A stretch of 62,585 bases of DNA, the filler included, from Jimgerdemannia flammicorona (lineage: Eukaryota): NCBI GenBank assembly GCA_003990765.1. It is 2 parts of 2 records of this genome, joined end to end, with 100 filler letters (N's around TTAATTAATTAA, not from the genome) between each part and the next. Parts side by side here need not be neighbours in the genome. Positions count along the whole stretch, not along the records: positions 1 to 31,259 come from RBNJ01000406.1; 1 more part is not named here. One strand, given 5' to 3'. A program made the position numbers and the translations under genes. Below the pieces are notes generated by a model, which saw only the letters and a list, made by a program, of their open reading frames with translations, did no database searches and was not told where the DNA came from. Shown piece by piece: positions 14,501 to 27,800 of the stretch; the first letter of the stretch is position 1, and each line of letters opens with the position of its first letter.

Positions 14501-17500
14501 GACCCCTGGAATATTGAAGAAGGACTCAGTATAATCCCCATTATTCCAAAGCAAGAACTATATCAAGAAAGAGCCTTTTGGCTAGAAAGATGTCCTCATC
14601 AAATGGTCTTCCACTCTCTCTAAGACTACTGCTATTAGTACTATCTACTAAATTAATAAAAAAGACAGAAACCCTGAAGACTAGAACTCTTAACTACTAT
14701 TGTACAGTCAATCATCTTCTAAGAAGTCACTATAAGATTGTAAAGTTAATTTAGAAAACAAGACCTCTTTAACTGAATAGAAGTATATCTCTTGGCTACC
14801 TTTCTCTGAACCTATAACTAAGATGGATATTGATTTCTAAGACAATAAGATATCAAAAACTGAGAACAGTATTTCTGAGCAATGGAATATTGTAACCATA
14901 GAAGACACTCAGACTGCTGAGACTATAGATACCAGAAGATTCACCTTAGTCAGGATATCACAATCTACATATTGAAGAGAGGAGATAACAGAGATTAGAT
15001 CTGAAAACATCAAGCCAAGAAATCAGGAAGAAGAATCCTCAAGATCTATAATTTGGGAGAAGATATCCTAGCTTTCATCAGACATGCAATCTGCCAAGAA
15101 TAAGTAGAAGATGTCACCAATTTTATAGAAGCCCTAGACCTTATAGAAAAAAGAAGAATTAATTATCTCCAAGATCCCTCTACTAAAGCCAGATGGCCAC
15201 ACCTCAATCTCAGAGTCTGGAGGTTTCCTGCTAGTAGAGCTTCAGCCCAAGGACAGCCTGAACTCAGCAAGAATGTTACCCAGTATATCCTACTACACCC
15301 CAAGGCCAAACCTCTAACCAAAGCTCACTAAGAAGATATAGAGTATGACCTCTATAGTCTGAAGGATGAATCCATCAAATCTGAAAGAATACTGATGTTC
15401 AGAACTGGACTAGCCATGCAGCCACCCCAAGAAACTTATATCTAATTGATCTCAAGGTCTGGACTTACCAGACAAGGAATAACCATAGAAGGAGGAACCA
15501 TAGACTTAAGATATATAGGCAAAATCAAAGTCATCTTGCATAATAGTAGTACAGAATGGTACTAAATTATTAGAGAACAGAAGATTGCTCAAGCAGTCTT
15601 TATAAAAGTCAAAAACTCCCAATTATAAGAAGTCTCTAAGCTGATCAAAGGAACAAGCTAAGCTGAAGAATTTGAAAGCTCAGATAGAAAGAAAGTATAT
15701 ATCCTTCAGGTTAATTACTTCAAGAAGAATGCTCTCTAGTAAGTATATTACCAATTAGTCAAACTGCACAAGAATCTCATCCTGGAGTCTGAAGAGCAAA
15801 CCACCTTCGAAATCTTTGACCTCAGGAATTTCTTCTTCAAACTCAATGAAAATATCCTGAATCTAGACATTAAAGGATATATATTCTCTGATAATATGAA
15901 TTCAGTGCACTTCTGAGCAATCAACTAAAGTTGAGAAAGTATCATCTTGGCAAAAGGAACTATCATAGACATCTAGTGCCCTTCCTTAACCAAACTCACA
16001 GAGAAATTTATAAGCTAAACTTATTGAAAAACAGCAAAAGGTCCCAAAAGAAAGGAAAGGTCCCTTTGCAATCCAAGAGACAGTAAAGCCTTCTACTAAT
16101 ATTGGAGAAGAATTGACACTCCAGCAATGATAATAACTAGTAGAACTCCTCAACAAATATCAAGATATCTTCACTACTAATTATGGCAACCTACCATATA
16201 ACCCATTATATTACTATAATATAAATACAGGAAATATAACATCTATCTGGCAGAAACCCTATAGAATACCCTATTACCTAAAGATATTTGAAATGGAACA
16301 CATTTAAGAACTCTTAGACAATGGAGTCATCTGACTCTCAATTAGTCCTTAGACCAGCTCTATACTTATTATATCAAAGAAAGGAGAATGAAGACTCTAT
16401 GTAGACTATAGGAAACTCAATTCAGTTACTGAGAAGGATGTCTATCCTTTGCCCAGAATCAATGACCTCTTAGATCAGTTATAAGATATCAGATACTTCA
16501 GTAGTATGGACCTTTTTACAGGATTCTATGAGATCTCCATAGACCCAAAAGATATTCAGAAGACAGTCTTTCTTACTCTAGAAAAACTGTTTAAATATCT
16601 CTAAATACCCTTTGAACTTTGTAATATACCTCTCATCTTTTAGAAAATGATGTATTCAGTCTATATCCCTCTAATCCACTACTGTCTGATTATATACATA
16701 AATGATTCCAATATCTATTCAGCAAATTTCAAGGAACACCTATATCACTTAGAAGAATTCTTCAACAAAAACTTAAATTTCTTAGATTTATAGTTTCAAA
16801 AGAAGTAACTCATATAGATTCAAAGAAACCCAAGAAGATCAATAATTGATCAGTACCCAAGACTCTGAAGGAAATACTATTACTCCTAATACTAGTATTC
16901 TACTATAGAAGGTTTATGCCCCAATCTGAATATTTCTCAAGAAAGAAGTATCTTACAAATGGACAGAATCACAAAAGAAAGCCTTCAAGGTACTCAAGTA
17001 CTGCATGACCACAGCACCAATTCTTATTCAGTCCAATCTACAAAAGCCATTCATCTTATATACAGATATCTCTAAAGATAGCCTTGAAGTAGTTCTAGCC
17101 CAAAAAGGATCTGACCAAAAGCACTATATGATAGCTTATACAAGCTAAGCAATTAATTAGCAGCAAACAAACTATAGTAGCACCAAACTAAAATATCTTA
17201 TAGTCATATGGGTGGTTACTCTATTCAAGCATTATCTCATTAGAAAATTATTCACTCTAATAACTGACCATATAACCCTCAAATAGCTATTCAACTGCAA
17301 GGAATCTACTGGAATCTTAGCCTACTGGATTCTTATCCTTTAGGATTACAAAATCACCATCATTCATAAAGCAGAAAAAGCTCACAATAATGTTGATATA
17401 CTTTTTTACCAACTCTAATAAACTAGAAGAAAGATATACCAAGGAACTATACCCTAAAGGAAATTCCTCTAACTATCAAAGCATAAGAAGATCTCACCCA

Positions 17501-19011
17501 AAAAGAATATCAGAAAGTTTACTAAGGATAGGTAAATATAGAAGAAAAGTTACAAACAACATATCAACATTGGCTCAATCTCAGAACACAAGTCCAGGAC
17601 ATACTCAAGAAATGTGATATCTGCCAGAAGTATTAAGGAAGGTAGAACCATCAAGCATTACTATAACTAATTGTACTACTAGACAACATCTTTTAGAGAT
17701 AGAGAGTGGATGTAATTAGACCTCTATCAGTTACATCAAGAAGGAATAAGTATATCCTTATATTTGTAGAATATCTGACCAAGTAGCCCAAAGCTTTCCC
17801 AATAAAAATTGCAAATATCTTAACTATTATAAGTCTCCTCCATAGACTCACACTCAGATATGGAATCTCAGAAGAACTTATCTCTAACTGAGACACAGAA
17901 TTCATCAATAATATAATCACAAGTTATGCCTAAATTCATAAGATCCATCTCAAATAGACTATATCATATTACCCTCAGACCAATGGTATGACAGAATGAA
18001 TGAATCAGACTATCAAAAAAAGACTTGCCCAAATCAATCCTACCAACTGGGACCTCTGCTTACTTGAGATCTTATGGGAAATTCAGAACAGTTCTACTGC
18101 CTTTACTAAACAAAAGCTCTTCAAAATAATATTTGCTAAGAAAACCAGAACTGCTAATCATAAGAACATTAGAGACCTCCTCAAGAAGGTAGAACAATTA
18201 TATAATCAAGTCTGAGTCCAGATTATCAAGGCTTAAGAAAGATAAAAGAAGTACTATGATCAGAAGCAGAAGGATCAGAAGATCAAGATTAGAGATCAAG
18301 TATTAGTTTGGAGAAGTATAATTGAAACAAACTTTGTCACTAAACTGAAGCCTAAATGAGAAGAATCTTATTTTATATACAATATTAGAGAAACTAGTAT
18401 CTATTTAAAAAGTATGGATAGATAAACTCTGAGGACACCAGTATATATCAATTACTTCAAAATATACCTCTCTCTACACTATAAACCAGACAATTAATCA
18501 GCATCTCCAGACTCTTGTTCTGAGTTTATTCCAATTACTTCCAGTTCTCCAGAAAACCCCCTCTAATAAATCCAGACCCATTAGGAGAATCTCACCCTGG
18601 TTAGATGTTTACTGCAAGTCCACCAGCTATAGGCCTACTATGCAATTAGAGGGCAGTTGCAGAACCTGTCAATCTCAGACCTTATCTACATTAAGAATTC
18701 CACTGGCCTGACTCAGAAAAACACCACTACTATAGATAGATTGTATACAATCTACAAATAAAACACCCCAGTACTGATATAGGCATAGTTCTCTCTGAAT
18801 AATATACAATAAATGAATTCTACCATCTATCTGAGTATCATCAACTATGTTAAAATCCTATTCCCAGAGAAAGAAGAAGAACCTCTTGAATAGAGTAACT
18901 CTGATTCAAATGAAGATAATAATTCAAGTATTGATGCTGAAAATATTTATGTATATTGGGATGATGACTAAAGAATAGTCTGAGGACAGACCATTCTTTA
19001 GTGGAGACTGA

Positions 19012-20159
19012 TGTGATGAGCAGCAGAATTGTATCACTGAAATTATAAATTAGTCATATATTATATCTAGTACACTAAGTAATCAAGACTACTTTACTGT
19101 ACCAATCTATATAATTAGCCAGAGATCAGAAACAGTATACCAGTCTAGTACACTATACTGTTTCAGTACACCATACTATTCAGATATACTTACTATAGTT
19201 AGTAATCTATAATTAGCAATATAATAATCAGATAGCAATCACAACTATATAAAATACCCCAGAGATAAGAGTGAATAAACCTCAGTCTAAAATTGAATCT
19301 AAAGCAACAGCTTCCCTTTCCACTTTGGTCTTCTTTCCAATATAAAGCCTTAGTTCACTTGTCAGATAAGTCTGAAGAATTTGAGTAAATCTACTACTTA
19401 AGAAAGAGCTGCAATTTTTAAGAAGAAGTCTACCATCTTACCATAAAGTCAGTCTGTTCATGCAACTTTACAGTAAACTTGTTCATGCAAACAAAGCCAG
19501 TCTTAACATAACTTTACCAAGAAGAGAATCTGAGTTATTTAAGAAGTCTGCCAATTCAGAAAGAATTCATATCATCTACTATTTCTAGAGAGCTTGCTAT
19601 TCTTACTACATACAAGTTAGTCTATCTGATATAACTTCACAGTAGAACTAGTCTATGATATAACTCCATTCAAATGAAACCAGTCTTTGATATAACTTGT
19701 TAAGAATCTACAACATCTGAGTTATCTGAATTATTAAGTTATCTGTTATTTCCAAAGAGCTGTTAATTTAGAAAAATCTGTACCAAATTGAGTTATCTGC
19801 AGAAATCACATACTTTTGGAGATTATTGTACTATACAAGAGATTGTTATACAGAAATTATATACTTTTGGAGATTACTGCCACTTAAGAAGGAAACCACT
19901 AAATTGTTAAACTGTCATATATAAGGAAATCACTATATTATACAGAAACTATTATATGAAATCACTACTATATTTAAGAACTGTCTCAATAAGAAAATTA
20001 CTTATAAATATCCAACTTTGACTATTATATTACTAAACACCAAGGACCTTAGAAATCTTAGAATATTTTATTGTTTTTTGATAAAGTACTAAGAGCTCAA
20101 GCCAAACTACATCAACCCTCAATTTTATAATTTGCCACTATTAAGCTAGGCATATTATA
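19012..20159 (+). repeat. 3' LTR of element B
   Basis: Starts TGTGATG after a purine-rich stretch; direct repeat of 10344-11512. Confidence 0.9.
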
Positions 20160-20361
20160 CTCTATATAGATATATCCAGTACTCCATATTTAGTTATAAC
20201 CTTATAAATATATATAAATATTCTCTATATTAAGTATATTATAATCTTAGCTCGGCTTTTTCTAAATATAAGAATAAAGTAGTATTCTTATTATAAAGAA
20301 CTCTCAAATCTGACTTATTAATAATTCTAAGCCTGATTAATTTATAATATATATATATATA

Positions 20362-21230
20362 TTTTTTAACAGACTCAATGTCCTGCAGATTTTTATTAGA
20401 AGGGAATCTAGACTATATAGGCCAAAACTCTCCCCTACTACCCATCAAGCACTGTCCCCCCATTAACCTAGGCTAGCTATTGTCCAGCAGCTTGACCATG
20501 CCAGGCGCAGCAGGGCCTATAACAGCCCACACCTCATTCTGCACACCATGCTCTCTCTACCACCAGGGGAAATCCAGCTATATACCAATAACTGAAAGTA
20601 TATACCCAAGAACCCAACGTATGTATAAGGCTATGCCTAAGCTGAATAGAATAGCCTCTGCCACCCTAAAGAGAATAATAAGCAAAGAAAAACCCTCATC
20701 AAAGTACAACATAGTGGGTAGGGCCTAGCTCTCCCAGTTGAGATAAGTAAAGAACTTATATGTAAGGCAGGAGAAGACCTCTAATACCCTACTCCTCAAG
20801 CCTGTGGGCCTCAATCACATTGCTGTATCAGCTTCCGGTTCCAGTTGAGTGCAGCCAAGACACCTGAAATGGGTAGCCTTGGGCCCCCCGACCCCCCCTG
20901 ATGACCAGGACCCAACCTGCCAAATCACCAAAAGAAGCTGAGAGTGACACCTACCACCTAACCACACTGTACCAATCAAAAGGCTCTACTAAAGCAGCAC
21001 CCACCCCATCCCCAATAACTACTCCCAGTCTGGCATCCTACTGGTTCACCATTATCATCCTTTCTCTTATCTGTAACAGCCATCTCCTCTTCCATCCCAA
21101 TAACACTCAAAAAGTAGTCACTTACATCAGAACCATACTTGCTGGGAAGCTTGCCAAAGCTAGAGGGCTCTACCACAGACACCAAGGACCTGCAGGTAAC
21201 CTACACTGAGCACTTGACACCCAAGGTCAG
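20362..21230 (-). mobile_element. 3' fragment of a non-LTR (LINE) retrotransposon
   Basis: The terminus TTTTTAACAGACTC...AGACTATATAGGCCAAA is shared with 31110-31220 and, inverted, with 50070-50160, each next to a poly(A)/poly(T) tract. The C-rich interior has a CxxC remnant typical of LINE ORF2 C-termini. Confidence 0.65.
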
Positions 21231-24200
21231 CCAACTCTCCATGTAGCCCAAGACATACCAAGACAGCACCTTATTGGCAATAGCAAAAGGAAGAAGACAC
21301 TGCACTAAAACAGATACACTCCAGATGTAGTTAAAGGCACCAGAAACTATGAAAAAGTAGAGAAGACATCAATCTGACACTGATAAAGAGGCAACTCATC
21401 ACCATTGCCTTCTCTCTACTATCCTACAACAGATATAGCAAACTAACCTGAGATAGAGGGAGTAATAATTGTGGAAAGTGGACTTGGAAGATTGCCTACC
21501 AAACTATTGTGACTGGTAAGATAGCAGAGAAAGGTATTTAATTTAAGATATAAGTATAGTACTTCCACTAGTATAAGAACCTAAAGACAATATCTAGACT
21601 TTATTATAAAAGATAATTAAAACTTAGCACTTTCTCAAGAACTCAAAATATAGAGCTAAAAGTCATCTTTGACTCTCTGCAATATATTAATTCTATTGGT
21701 ATATAGTTTTATTATATAAAAGTTAGTAAAAAAAAAAATAATTAAAAAATAAAAAAAAAAAAAAAAACTTAATTATAATAATAATATATAATATTAATTT
21801 ATTAAAATATAATAAATATTTTTTTAATAAATATTTTTTATAATATATTTAACAGATATAATATTTTGAATTATATAGAATAATAATTTTATATTTTAAT
21901 TAAAGAAACTATTATTATATATTTAGTTATAAAATTATATTTTATATTAAATTTAAATATTTAAAAGAACTGCAAAATTATTTATAAAATAATATTATTC
22001 TCATTATTAAATTCTTAAAATAATAATATAATAAATAAATAATATTTTTTTTATTATCTGGCTCAATAATCTATATTAATTATCTATTAATTAATATTAA
22101 TTTTGATAGATACCATATATTATTTTATATTACTCTTTATATCTTTTTTTTATTTATTTTATAGTCAGTTAATAATGCAGTTCTATATGATCAAAATAAT
22201 AAAATAATAAGAAATATAAATCCTTGACTAGTACTAAGCTTATGATATATAGAGAGTATAAGTTAACAAAAATGTTAAATACTCATATTCTCTTAAAGAA
22301 GAGAATCAGATACTGGATAATATATATATATTTAGAATATTTTCAATTAACAACTAGTCTTCTAATAAATCCCTAAGCTTGCTACTGTTATATTTAGTAT
22401 ATTTACTCTAAACTTTTATAAATTCATTAGTTGATAATTAGTCCTTAGGTAAGACTACTATATAGTAGGTTAGAACTTACAATATAGAATAAGACAACTA
22501 TTTTATACTGTCAATCTTTACTATTATAACCTTATAAGCTTGTAGAGATTTTTTTACTCAATCTGTAAGTACTGTTATTTAGAGATAGAGATTTCTAAAT
22601 ATTTTCTGCCTATGCTAGAGATTCATATGTTTACTGCTCAACAATTTGTTATTTCTATTCTTAATAATTATATCTATCTATTAAAGCTTATCTATACAAA
22701 ACCTCATCACCTCAAACTGTCTCATTTTTGTCAATATCCAATTATCTTAATTTGATATTTATAATCTATTGGTGTATTATCATCTTCTTCTTTGAAATTT
22801 CTTTCTCTGCAGTCTATAGCAGTAGTATATCACACTATTATTATATATAGTATTTATATTTATATCAGAATCTATACATAACTGGAAATATTATAATCAT
22901 TATAGACCTTTTGCTGAGTAAACAAAATGGCTGCAATTTGCTTAAATAATCACAAATCCTCACATCAAACCAAAGAATTTATTCACTTCAATTTAATTGA
23001 TATATTATTTTACTTTTAATAAATTTTTATCTCATCTTTTATCACCTCCTTCCGAAACAAAACAAGCCCTGAGACTTCATAAAATTGATCAAAACTCCAC
23101 GCCAGCATTCAGGTCTTAGATGGCCTGACCTCCTTCATCACAGCTCCGAAATCACCTCCCTGCACAAGTATTGTTTTCCTTTTCACCTTCCCAAGTATGC
23201 TTTTCCCATATGAATACTTCTCCGACAAGCTTGCAAACTCAAACGACCCATTCAGAGCTGTAAACTCTTCACTCCAGAACCTCACTTCCTGCTCGCCATT
23301 TTGGCATACACCATCACGTACGCCTCCAACATGGCCCCCATCCCTGCGGTGCGACACCAACAGATACCCGTACGTCTCAGCGATCATCACAGTCAGTGCG
23401 TGCACATAGTGCACCAGCAACCACGTAATCCTAGCACCTGCCATTTAGAGTATCATATTTGCGTGTCAGAACAACGAGGCGAGTGGGATACGAAAGGTAC
23501 GTATATTGTATGGAGCCGCCACTCCGCCGTCAACCACTGCAAATTTGTCATAGTCATTACCTGACTCTCTCACCGCCGCCGCCACGTCGTCTGATGTTTG
23601 CAGAGCAGGAATTTTGTGTGCTTCGGAGCAGTTCAGCGTGATAGATGTGCATTCCCTGCGTCTTCATTCCTGACAAAAGGGCTGGTTGAGAAGGTCATTT
23701 CGACGTTCACGATATAATAGCTGATGGTCAGCTCATCGACATTGAGATAGACGATGACGATCACATTGTCCTTGATCTCAAAAATCAAATGAAGGTTGTT
23801 GCCGCATGAGATGCTTGTTTAGCTGACCGGTGCATAGCTCCTCACGTTCGTCGATTGCCAGCTCCGCCAACGCGTTGTGCTGACCATGCGGATGGAGGTG
23901 TGGCTAGGAAGGGGGGCTGGTGGCGATGGAGGAGGGGTTGAAGGGGAGAAAGGAGTCAGTTCAGAGGCAGAGATGGCAGAGAAAAGTCAAGGAGGCGGTG
24001 TCGGCCAGTGATGACGCGATATTCCGGGTCCAGTGCGAAGAAAACATCTGTCGAGTTATCGTATAGCCTCAAATATAGGAACACAGTCTTCACGCGATAT
24101 CTTAATCCCCTATTTTCTTTTCACCCTGCATCCATCTCCGTGGACACGATCAAGTCAACACACGCGCCCAACGATGACCCGTTGGGTTATTGCGCCTATG

Positions 24201-24811
24201 ACAAAACACGATCCTCGCTTACCTCGGTACGACGAGTTCTGACAGCCCACTCACTACCAAAACGGTCTCGTGTCGATACGAGGGCGCAAGCATGGCGAGA
24301 ACAATTGACCTTATCAGCAACAAGTGACAGATCGTGTAAGTACCCACCCCCCAACCCCGACGCCCTAGCATTCCATCAGCACCCGAGGTCGAGTCGTCAT
24401 CGTAATGCGCTTTGAACCACCGCTCTCGTAGGTAGGAGGCCGTGGCCACGTTTGTGCTGGGATAACTCGTGAGGATGAAGGAGATGAAGTCGTGACATTG
24501 CGGCAATGTGCAAGATAATGTTCTCGAAGACCTCCGGTGGGAAGTGGTTGATGGCGGAGGAGGCGGGGCGAGTGGGACGTACTTGAGAGTACAGACCAAA
24601 GATGGTGCCTGAGGTGAACAGGAAGGGTGTTTATCATGCAGTTGTCTTATATTGAGTGGGGGTTATGGATGATAGAAAGCAGTGTTTAAGATACCTTACA
24701 AAGCGTATATTGTTAGATCGATTATCGGATGCCCAGGGTTAGGGTTGGGAATAAAGTTTTATTAACCGACATTTGACCATTTGACACGTTGCTCTTAACA
24801 CTTAAACAAAC

Positions 24812-27800
24812 ATGCCAACACTGCTCACGACCCAGACTGCGCTGAATCTCATTGGTATATTTGAACAGAGTGAACTGTTGATTGTAGCTGTCTGACGAGT
24901 TCCAACTGACAATCTGTGCGTATTTGCCTCATCCATCTGTTCAACTTCAGATATTAACGCTGAGGGTGTACTCGCGCTGGCGGAGTCTCTGAAGCAGAAC
25001 ACCACCCTTACCCAGCTGGATCTCGAATGTATGTCGGAAATCAGTTGAATGTTGGTGAATCGATCTAGCTGACCTGTGCGTATTTGTATATACATTTTTC
25101 AGCAAATGGCATCGGCGATGAGGGTGCCCGTGTTCTGGCCGAATCTCTGAAGCAGAACACGACCCTTACCCAGCTGAATCTCGAAAGTATGTCGGAAGTC
25201 AGTGTATGACTGTTTGAATGTGGGTGATTCGATCCAGCTGACCTGTGCGTATTTGTGCATTTTTCAGGGAATAGCATCGGCGATGAGGGTGCCCGTGCTC
25301 TGGCCGAGTCTCTGAAGCAGAACACGACCCTTACTCAGTTGAATATCTCCTGTATGTCGGAAATCAGTATGTGACTATTTGAATGTTGGTGATTCGATCC
25401 AGCTGACCTCTGCGTATTCATTTAGATAACTTTATCGGCGCTGAGGGTGCCCGTGCTCTGGCCGAGCCTCTGAAGCATAACACGACCCTTACCCAGCTGA
25501 ATCTCAGATGTACGTAGGAAATCAGCGTGTGACTTTTGAATGTAGGTGATTCTATCCAGCTGACCGTGCGTATTTATGCATTTTTCAGCGAATAACATTA
25601 AAGATGAGGGTGCCCGTACTCTGGCCGAGTCTCTGAAGCAGAACACGACCCTTACCCAGTTGAATCTCTACAGTATGTCGGAAATCAATGTGTGACTGTT
25701 TGAATGTGGGTGATTCGATCCAGCTGACCTGTGTATTCATAGATAACAAAATCGGCGCTGAGGGTGCCCGTGCTCTGGCCGAGTCTCTGAAGCAGAACAC
25801 GTCCCTTACCCAGCTGAATCTCGAATGTATGTCGGAAATCAGTGTGTGGCTTTTTGAATGTGGGTGATTCGATCCAGCTGACCTATGCGTATTCATAGAT
25901 AACGAAATCGGCGCTGAGGGCGCCCGTGCTTTGGCCGAGTCTCTGAAGCAGAACGCGACCCTTACCCAGCTCAATCTCGAATGTATGTCGGAAATCAGTG
26001 TGGGACTGTTTGAATGTGGGTGATCCGATCCAGCTGACCTGTGCGTATTCATAGATAACGAAATCGGCGCTGAGGGTGCCCGTGCTTTGGCTGAGTCCCT
26101 GAAGCTGAACATGACCCTTACCCAGCTGAATCTCGAAAGTATGTCGGAGATCTGTGTGTGGCTGTTTGAATGTGGGTGATTCGATCCAGCTGACCTGTGC
26201 GTATTCATAGATAACGAAATTGGCGCTGAGGGTGCCCGTGCTCTGGCCGAGTCTCTGAAGAAGAACACGACCCTTACCCAGTTGAATCTGGAATGTATGT
26301 CGGAAATCAGTGTGTGGCTGTTAGAATGTCGGTGATTCGATCCAGCTGACCTGTGCGTATTCATAGATAACGAAATCGGCGCTGAGGGTGGCCGTGCTCT
26401 GGCCGAGTCTCTGCAACAGAATACGACCCTTACCCAGCTGAATCTCGGAGGTATGTCAGTAATCAGTGTGTGGCAGTTTGGATGTCAATGATTCCATCCA
26501 GCTAACCTGTGCGTATGATAGATAACCAAATCAACGCTGAGGGCGCCCGTGCTCTGGCCGAGTCTCTAAAGCAGAACACGACCCTTACTCAACTGAATCT
26601 CCGAGGTATGTCGGAAATCAGTGTGTAACTGTTTGAATGTGGGTGATTCAATCCAGCCAACCTATTGCGTATTCATAGATAACGAAATTGGCGCTGAGGG
26701 TGCCCGTGTTCTGGCCGAGTCTATGAAGCAGAACACGACCCTTACCCAGCTGAATCTCGGAGGTATGTCGGAAATCAGTGTGTGACTGGTTGAATGTGGA
26801 TGATTTGGTCCAGCTGACCTGTGCATGTTTGTTCACCTATTCTCTGTTCATCTTTAGAAGTCGACATCGACGATGAGATGATAAATGCCATAAATATGGC
26901 TCTGAAGCGGAATGAGACATTACTTAAATCTAACATCAATGGTATGTCAAAATTATGAAACAGTTGCCAATAGTTTGAGCCACAGATTTTATATTTGTTA
27001 AAATTTGTTTTCAAGGTTGGTTGTATGTACTGCTATCTTATAAAATTAAGCTAAACATTTTTAATTCTGAACCTTTTCAATCTTCTGGGTGCATACCTAT
27101 AAAGTTGGGCAAACCAGCCAGGAATTAGCTGCAGTACGCCAGAGGTTGAAACAACAGCTCGAACGAAATCTGAAAAAAGACCGCACTGACAAACCAGATG
27201 CAGCCAGGACTCACTGGTTCGCCCACCGATATATTCCTAAACGTCCTCTGCCTGCTATAGACGATGACAACGCGACAGGTAGCAACAATCAACAGCGGAA
27301 GGTCGGCCTAACTTCAACAAATATCTCGGAATCCACAAAACTCGCATATAGCAGCATCATTATGGAAGAATCAGAACCACAGATTCAATCCAATGAAGCT
27401 GAGCCACATGTCTGGATTGTCAATGCCTTGACCACAGAGACCATTCATGAAATACCCTATGAAGATCTTGTAAAAGTTGGTATAATTGGCCGTGGTAACT
27501 ATGGAACAGTATACAGAGCTAGTTGGAAAGGACATGAATCACCATTTGTTGCTGTTAAGGATTTTTTGGATTTGAGCGACATGGTTCATGAAGTTCAAGT
27601 TTTTATAACATTGGGAGAGCATGATCACATTATCCGATTTTATGGTATTACAAAGTAAGTCATCTTATTGTCATTTTAGAATTAGGTATATTGTTGATAT
27701 TGACGATTAACATTTTAATTATTCTTTATAGGAACCCTGAAACAAAGCAATACGAAATTATTCTGGAGTATGCAGAGAGGGGAAATATGCATGACTTTTG

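Larger units (their letters stand above)
10344..20159 (+). mobile_element. Full-length decayed Ty3/Gypsy family B element (about 9.8 kb) nested in the family A LTR
   Basis: Paired LTRs 10344-11512 and 19012-20159. PBS TGGGGGCTC at about 11515 (tRNA-Pro type). gag about 12100-13200, PR about 13660, dUTPase about 15290-15690 (SRSGL..GITIEGGTID..YIGKIKV), RT about 16150-16850, RNase H about 17050-17400, integrase about 17550-18480. 4-bp TSD CTAT (10340-10343) / CTCT (20160-20163). Confidence 0.92.

Noticed and set aside
21560..23050. Extremely AT-rich stretch
   Set aside because: Probably terminally decayed repeat; no family or structure could be assigned.
25585..26364. 259-aa repetitive minus-strand ORF and similar ORFs from 24802 to 27014
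   Set aside because: Antisense shadow of the 156-bp (52-codon) LRR units; splice signals and the LRR consensus are on the + strand.
24951..26941. CRISPR-like or satellite reading of the regular array
   Set aside because: There are no unique spacers; both halves of each unit repeat and parse as exon plus GT-AG intron in a eukaryotic gene.
27016..27022. Possible 7-nt microexon (AG-GTTGGTT-GTATGT) between the LRR and kinase parts
   Set aside because: Including it would shift the frame, while direct splicing 26941 to 27105 is in frame; cannot be supported without transcripts.
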